In this document: one piece after another, positions 35,781 to 40,242 of the stretch
Layout: every line of letters begins with the position of its first letter
How positions within the stretch are numbered: position 1 is the stretch's first letter
Assembly: GCA_947629875.1 (NCBI GenBank)
Contig: CANRFK010000001.1
Span: 1 to 40,242, forward strand
Length of the DNA stretch: 40,242 nucleotides
DNA from: an uncultured Clostridia bacterium
Lineage (GTDB): Bacteria; Bacillota; Clostridia; Christensenellales; Borkfalkiaceae
Reading direction: 5' to 3'
Notes under the pieces: model-generated
Told to the model about the DNA's origin: nothing
Databases searched by the model: none
Seen by the model: the letters and a program-made list of their open reading frames with translations, nothing else
Program-made: the position numbers and the translations under genes

Positions 35781-35808
35781 GAAGGGCGTACAGCCCTTTT
35801 TTGTTTCG
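35781..35808 (+). terminator. rho-independent terminator ending the long + strand gene string
   Basis: gaagggc-gtaca-gccctt followed by TTTTGTTT, 19 nt after the GH2 stop. Confidence 0.6.
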
Positions 35809-35829
35809 CGGAAATCCATCGGCTATACC

Positions 35830-36050
35830 GACGGTGGCCGAAAACGGTTGCCGCGGGGCTATAACCGAAGCCGAGGAGTTCGTAGGAACGAAGGCCGTTT
35901 GGTCGTATGCAACACGCATGTATGGTGTACAGCGCACGGCTTTGGTATACGCAGCTCGAAGTGTTCGCACCCGACACGGGCGCAAGACGGCTCTATGAAA
36001 AATTCGGATTTGAGACGAACTCTCTATTTATCCAAAAGGACGGGAACGGT
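35830..36050 (+). pseudogene. degraded GNAT acetyltransferase remnant (C-terminal motif only, frame-disrupted)
   Basis: LWYTQLEVFAPDTGARRLYEKFGFE is the classic GNAT motif-B end. It is in frame with, and immediately upstream of, the phosphoesterase ATG. The upstream piece AITEAEEFV is in another frame. There is no intact N-terminus. Confidence 0.35.
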
Positions 36051-36752
36051 ATGATCTATATCACAGGCGATACACACGGCCAAAATGATTTTGTGAAGCT
36101 ACTCTATTTCGCAGATGCGCACCCGGAGCTTACGAAGAGGGACTATGTCATCATCGCCGGGGATTTCGGCGGCGTATGGAGCGAGCGGGGCTTGGAGACG
36201 ACGCTCTCACGGTATGCCCGCTTGCCGTTTGCCACGCTGTTCGTGGACGGCAATCATGAAAACTTCGATATGCTGGGTGCCTATCCTGTGGAAATCTGGA
36301 ACGGGGGGAAGGTGCATAAAATCAGCCCGGACATCATTCACCTGATGCGCGGGCAGGTGTTTGAGATAGAAGGAAAAACAATCTTCACATTTGGCGGTGC
36401 GACCAGCATCGACAAGTATTTGCGCATAGAGGGGATAAGCTGGTGGGCCCAGGAATTACCCACCTATGAAGAACTCGACGAGGGAATCGCCAATCTCAAA
36501 AGGTACAATAATACGGTGGATTATATCATCACACATTCCTGCGACGAAAAGGCACTCTGGTATCCGCCGCTCCGCGAACGGGGTGTCAAAATGGAGACAT
36601 TCCCCGAAAATCGGTTGCTTTCCTATTTCGAGGATATCCTAACCTACAAGCATTGGTATTTCGGGCACTATCATTTGGACGGCGACTTGACCGACAGAAA
36701 GACGGTTTTGTTTCAGCGGATACTATCTGTGGGATGCTCCGTTGCCGGATAA
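36051..36752 (+). CDS. calcineurin-like metallophosphoesterase
   Basis: MIYITGDTHG, IIAGDFGG, VDGNHENF, IITHS and FGHYH are the metallophosphoesterase metal-ligand motifs. The start is set at the ATG directly before the GDTHG motif; the track ORF starts at 35907. Confidence 0.8.
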   Translation: MIYITGDTHGQNDFVKLLYFADAHPELTKRDYVIIAGDFGGVWSERGLETTLSRYARLPFATLFVDGNHENFDMLGAYPVEIWNGGKVHKISPDIIHLMRGQVFEIEGKTIFTFGGATSIDKYLRIEGISWWAQELPTYEELDEGIANLKRYNNTVDYIITHSCDEKALWYPPLRERGVKMETFPENRLLSYFEDILTYKHWYFGHYHLDGDLTDRKTVLFQRILSVGCSVAG

Positions 36753-36894
36753 ATGCAGTATGCCGATGAGGGGTTATGCTATCAAAGCCGCAACAGACCC
36801 CCGTTGAACACTTTGTGGGGGAACGAACGCGAAGATCTTCCATGGGAAAGAGGGCGGGTCGCATCCAAAGGGAGACGTTTTTGTGGCAAAACGG

Positions 36895-36923
36895 TTGTAT
36901 TTTGCATGCGAGTAAGCTATAAT
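36895..36923 (+). promoter_or_regulatory. candidate promoter with a roughly 170-nt leader for the FxLYD lipoprotein gene
   Basis: TTGTAT 36895-36900, 17-nt spacer, TATAAT 36918-36923. Confidence 0.4.
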
Positions 36924-37098
36924 GAGTTCGCAACACGATCGAAAAAATGGCGAAGGGCTCTTTCGGCATTGGCGTATCCTCATTTTTCATTCGTCATTTT
37001 TGGGAGATACCGTTTGTGTTGCAACAATACGGGATACTCTCTGCGGGCGTTCCGTATCGGGACATCCTTAATTTTTGCCCGCGGAAGAGGAGATGCCG

Positions 37099-37536
37099 AT
37101 GAAAAAGAAATTTTTGACGGCGCTATTGTGCGTTGTTGCGGCGCTATGCCTGTGCTGCGGCCTCGTCGGGTGTGATTTCGGCAATATGGGATCTGAAAAC
37201 GGTGGTGCGGACGGGACGCAGACGGAAACAGAGAGCACGATAAGCGGAAAGAAAATCGAGGCGGTGGGCGAGCCGCAGGCGACGCTTGACTATAATGAAT
37301 ATCTCGGATATTCCATCAAGATCAAGGGTGCGCTGAAAAACACGGGCAACAAGAATTATTCCTATGTGAGCATCAGTTTTACGCTCTACGATGAGAGCGG
37401 TGCGAACATCGGACAGGCCATGGCGAATATGAACAACCTTGCCGCGGGGGAGATATGGAAATACGAGGCGATCTCATTGGGGTTCTTTGAGGAAAAGCCC
37501 GTGAGGTGGAAGTGCGCGGATATTACCTGTTTTTGA
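37099..37536 (+). CDS. FxLYD-domain lipoprotein
   Basis: GAGGAG lies 6 nt upstream of the ATG at 37099. Lipobox GLVGC. SISFTLYDESGANIG...AAGEIWKYEA matches my recollection of the FxLYD domain motif. Confidence 0.7.
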   Translation: MKKKFLTALLCVVAALCLCCGLVGCDFGNMGSENGGADGTQTETESTISGKKIEAVGEPQATLDYNEYLGYSIKIKGALKNTGNKNYSYVSISFTLYDESGANIGQAMANMNNLAAGEIWKYEAISLGFFEEKPVRWKCADITCF

Positions 37537-37556
37537 TTGCTTTTGGCTTGTTTCAA

Positions 37557-37594
37557 CCGTCCTGCGGTTTTTCGCAGGGCGGTTGTGTTTTTTT
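37557..37594 (+). terminator. rho-independent terminator of the FxLYD gene
   Basis: ccgtcctgcg-gttttt-cgcagggcgg (one G-U pair) followed by TTGTGTTTTTTT. Confidence 0.65.
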
Positions 37595-37687
37595 CGGGGA
37601 GGGGTGGCGGCAGAATGACGCGGGGATGATTTTTTCAGGGGAGAGGAGACGGAATGTTTCTGTTTTTGGCATGGGAAAGATACACTC

Positions 37688-37727
37688 GGCGGCAGTCCCG
37701 TCCGCTTTTGCGGACGGGACTGCCGCC
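37688..37727. repeat. perfect 18-bp-stem GC hairpin (REP-like)
   Basis: ggcggcagtcccgtccgc-tttt-gcggacgggactgccgcc. The inner part resembles ccgtccgcc-tgt-ggcggac at 7062-7080. Confidence 0.7.
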
Positions 37728-37742
37728 AGTAAGGTGGGGCGA

Positions 37743-37804
37743 TATGCACGCCTCATCCGCCTCCTCTTGCCTTCCCCTCATAAGGGGAAGGCAAGAGGAG
37801 GCGG
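37743..37804. repeat. REP-like element with a perfect 22-bp-stem hairpin
   Basis: tatgcacgcctcatccg, then ccgcctcctcttgccttcccct-cata-aggggaaggcaagaggaggcgg (37757-37804). Related to 7048-7101. Confidence 0.7.
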
Positions 37805-37851
37805 GAAAGTAAAAGTGAATTGTCAAACCAAGTGCAACACTTTTTGAGATT

Positions 37852-37891
37852 TTGTTCAAAGAGAAACTGCCCTCCCGAAATGGGAGGGCAG
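37852..37891 (-). terminator. rho-independent terminator for nifJ, located beyond the duplicated 3' segment
   Basis: ctgccctccc-gaaat-gggagggcag (37867-37891). On the minus strand it is followed by TTTCTCTTTG. Confidence 0.5.
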
Positions 37892-37906
37892 CGGTTTCAG
37901 AAATTT

Positions 37907-38080
37907 TTCTCTGCCTGCCATCTTCTTGTAGCCGGTGAGGCGCTCCTTGGGGCTCTCCTCCGTCTTCTTGAAGAGTTCTTCGCGGGCGGGAGAGGGAAAA
38001 GTTATTCTCTGCCTGCCATCTTCTTGTAGCCGGCGAGGCGCTCCTTGGAGCTCTCTTCCGTCTTCTTGAAGAGTTCTTCG
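37907..38080. repeat. tandem direct duplication (76-bp copies, 98-bp period) of the nifJ 3' end
   Basis: 37907-37982 and 38005-38080 align with 4 mismatches by eye. The proximal copy encodes the real C-terminus EELFKKTEESSKERLAGYKKMAGRE-stop. The distal copy would encode EELFKKTEESPKERLTGYKKMAGRE without a stop. Confidence 0.85.
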
Positions 38081-40242
38081 GCGACGGCGGGCTGCGTCTT
38101 TTTGAGGGAAGCGTAGCGCGTTTCGCCCAAAATGAATGCCTGATAGTCGCCCGTCGGATCCTTGCTGTCGAGCGAGAAGGGATTTTCGCCCTTCGCGGCG
38201 AGCTCGGGATTGTAACGGTAAAGCTGCCAATAGCCGCACTCGACCGCGTTCTTCTCTTCCTGCTGGGACTTCGTCATGTTGATGCCGTGGTTGATGCAGG
38301 GAGCATACGCGATGATGAGCGACGGACCCTTATACGCCTCGGCCTCCTTCAAGGCCTTGACGAGCTGACCCTTGTCGGCGCCCATGGCGACCTGTGCGAC
38401 GTACACGTAGCCGTAGCTTGCCGCGATCATGCCGAGATCCTTCTTCTTCACGCGCTTGCCGCTCGATGCGAACTTCGCAACTGCGCCAATGGGGGTGGAT
38501 TTCGATGCCTGACCGCCCGTGTTGGAGTACACCTCGGTGTCGAGGACGAGGACGTTGACGTCTTCGCCGCTCGCGAGGACGTGGTCGAGGCCGCCGTAGC
38601 CGATGTCGTACGCCCAGCCGTCGCCGCCGATGATCCAGAAGGACGGCTTGACGAGGCAATCCTTGTCGGCGAGAATTTCGTCGACGAGGGCGAGCTCTTC
38701 GCCTTCGCACTCCTTGCGGCACTCCTCGAGCTCCTTGACGAGGGCGGCGGCCGTCGTCTTGCTGGCTTCCGCCTCGCCCATCGCCTCGATCCAATCGGTG
38801 AGAGGCTTCACGCACTCGGGATATTCCTTCCACATTTCCGCAAGTTTTGTGACCTTTTCGGCGAGCGTCGTTCTTCTCGCCTTGTAGGCGAGGTGCATGC
38901 CGTAGCCGAACTCGGCGTTGTCCTCAAAGAGGGAGTTCGCCCAAGCGGGGCCCTTGCCCTGCTTGTTTGTCGTGTAGGGGCAGGTGGGCGAGGAGCCGCC
39001 GTAGATGGACGAGCAACCCGTGGCGTTGGCGACGATCATTCTGTCGCCGAAGAGTTGGGTGACGACCTTGACGTAAGGGGTTTCACCGCAACCTGCGCAG
39101 GCGCCCGAGAACTCGAAGAGGGACGGGGTGAACTGCGACTTCTTGACGTCCGCCATCTTGACCTGCGAGAGGTCGACTTCGGGGAGATCGACGGCGTAGT
39201 TCCAATTCTTCGCCTCCTTCTCCTCGAGCTCGGCAAACGGCACCATGACGAGCGCCTTGTTGCCCTTCATGCCGGGGCAGATGTCGGCGCACACGCCGCA
39301 GCCCATGCAGTCGAGCGGGCTCATTTGCATCCTGAACTCGTAGCCGGGGATGCCCGTTGCGGGTTTGGTATCAAACGCTTCGGGCTTCTCTGCGCCCGCA
39401 GCGACGAGGGCGGGGCGGATGCACGCGTGCGGGCAGACGAAGGAGCACTGGTTGCACTGCACGCAGTTTTCCTTCACCCACTTGGGCACCATGACGGCGA
39501 CGCCGCGCTTCTCGTACTTCGTCGTTCCCGTGGGGACGGAGCCGTCCGCATTGAACGCCGAGGAGGGGAGTTTATCGCCTTCGAGGGCGAGGATGGGAGC
39601 GATGACGCTCTTGAAGTAGTCGTTGTCGGCGAGCTTGACCATCTCCGCGCCCTCCGTCGTCGTCTTCCACGAGGCGGGGATGCGGATCTGTTTCAGGTTG
39701 GCCTTTGCGCTGTCGATGGCGTTGTAGTTCATCTGCACGATGGCGTCGCCCTTCCGCGCAAACGACTTATATGCCATCTTCTTCATGTACTCGACGGCGT
39801 CGGTGTAAGGCATGATCTGCTCGTTGATGAGGAAGAACGCCGATTGCAGAATGGTGTTGGTTCTGCCGCCGAGGCCGAGCTTGCGGGCGATCTTGATGGC
39901 GTCGATGACGTACAGCTTCGCCTTCTTCTGGGCGAGGGCGTTCTTCATCTTGGCGGGCAGGTTCTTTTCGAGATCCTTGACCGTTGTCCACGGGCAGTTC
40001 AGAAGGAAGCTGCCGCCCTTTTTCAAGTCGCTCGTCATGTCGTAGCGGATGACGTAGGAGGGGTTGTGGCAGGCGATGAAGTCGGCCGCGTCGATGAGGT
40101 ATTCGCTCTGGATGGGCGTCTTGCCGAAGCGCAGGTGCGAGACGGTGATGCCGCCCGACTTCTTACTGTCGTAGAAGAAGTAAGCCTGCGCGTACATATC
40201 GGTGTGGTCGCCGATGATCTTGATGCTGTTCTTGTTGGCGCC
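38002..40242 (-). CDS. nifJ: pyruvate:ferredoxin (flavodoxin) oxidoreductase, C-terminal part of about 745 aa (5' end outside the window)
   Basis: YFFYDSKKSGGITVSHLRFG; two 4Fe-4S ferredoxin motifs (CVQCNQCSFVCPH, CMGCGVCADICP); TPP motif GGDGWAYDIGYGGLDHV. The frame remains open to the window edge (GANKNSIKIIGDHTDMYAQ...). TAA at 38002-38004. Confidence 0.9.
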   Translation of the reverse strand, partial: GANKNSIKIIGDHTDMYAQAYFFYDSKKSGGITVSHLRFGKTPIQSEYLIDAADFIACHNPSYVIRYDMTSDLKKGGSFLLNCPWTTVKDLEKNLPAKMKNALAQKKAKLYVIDAIKIARKLGLGGRTNTILQSAFFLINEQIMPYTDAVEYMKKMAYKSFARKGDAIVQMNYNAIDSAKANLKQIRIPASWKTTTEGAEMVKLADNDYFKSVIAPILALEGDKLPSSAFNADGSVPTGTTKYEKRGVAVMVPKWVKENCVQCNQCSFVCPHACIRPALVAAGAEKPEAFDTKPATGIPGYEFRMQMSPLDCMGCGVCADICPGMKGNKALVMVPFAELEEKEAKNWNYAVDLPEVDLSQVKMADVKKSQFTPSLFEFSGACAGCGETPYVKVVTQLFGDRMIVANATGCSSIYGGSSPTCPYTTNKQGKGPAWANSLFEDNAEFGYGMHLAYKARRTTLAEKVTKLAEMWKEYPECVKPLTDWIEAMGEAEASKTTAAALVKELEECRKECEGEELALVDEILADKDCLVKPSFWIIGGDGWAYDIGYGGLDHVLASGEDVNVLVLDTEVYSNTGGQASKSTPIGAVAKFASSGKRVKKKDLGMIAASYGYVYVAQVAMGADKGQLVKALKEAEAYKGPSLIIAYAPCINHGINMTKSQQEEKNAVECGYWQLYRYNPELAAKGENPFSLDSKDPTGDYQAFILGETRYASLKKTQPAVAEELFKKTEESSKERLAGYKKMAGRE

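Noticed and set aside
36924-37098. Possible riboswitch or leader structure in the ~170-nt 5' leader of the FxLYD lipoprotein gene.
   Set aside because: I could not match any riboswitch consensus I know (c-di-GMP I/II, TPP, SAM, purine, T-box). Only short, imperfect stems are visible. A covariance-model scan (Rfam/Infernal) would be needed to revisit this.
1-40242. Searched by eye for rRNA or tRNA genes, IS elements or transposases, integrases, prophage genes and defence systems (CRISPR-Cas, RM, TA, Abi-like).
   Set aside because: No ORF carries recognisable transposase, integrase or recombinase, Cas, methyltransferase or nuclease motifs, and I noticed no tRNA-like cloverleaf or rRNA segment. 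tRNAscan-SE, Infernal and DefenseFinder would be the decisive checks.

Overview
This is a G+C-rich, Firmicutes/Clostridia-like chromosomal segment. The taxon guess rests on strong AGGAGG Shine-Dalgarno sites, many lipobox lipoproteins, PFOR and CUT1-type sugar ABC genes, and is inference only. All family calls come from motifs I recognise in the supplied translations; no search was run.

Gene content, left to right:
- 3' end of aspA.
- A visibly AT-richer three-gene islet: RHH regulator, small lipoprotein, zinc-ribbon/coiled-coil protein.
- M18 aminopeptidase on the minus strand.
- A GH3 + GH13 pair behind a near-consensus sigma70 promoter. The GH3 has reversed domain order.
- A repeat-rich intergenic region.
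- Two huge repeat-built lipoproteins (1003 and 1714 aa).
- GH27 alpha-galactosidase with a translationally coupled 63-aa Cys-rich protein.
- A roughly 18 kb same-strand gene string: LacI regulator, 1727-aa and about 766-aa paralogous lipoproteins, GH43 lipoprotein, solute-binding protein, two permeases, an unusually long ABC ATPase, SGNH esterase lipoprotein and GH2.
- A GNAT remnant, a metallophosphoesterase and an FxLYD lipoprotein.
- The 3' two-thirds of PFOR (nifJ) on the minus strand.

I found no rRNA, tRNA, CRISPR array, transposase or integrase.

Most interesting observations:
1. The only two G9 homopolymers in the window sit at classic phase-variation positions of the two giant-lipoprotein gene blocks. 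One lies in a promoter spacer, the other just after the lipobox codon.
2. The giant lipoproteins look like an uncharacterised extracellular arm of a Gram-positive polysaccharide-utilisation locus.
3. A perfect 20-bp LacI-type palindrome has a second copy at the GH27 promoter.
4. The MalK-like ATPase carries an insertion of about 135 aa.
5. There are GT-rich G-quadruplex-type tandem repeats, REP-like GC hairpins, and a 98-bp-period tandem duplication of the nifJ 3' end.

The many long antisense ORFs in the track are GC-bias artefacts.
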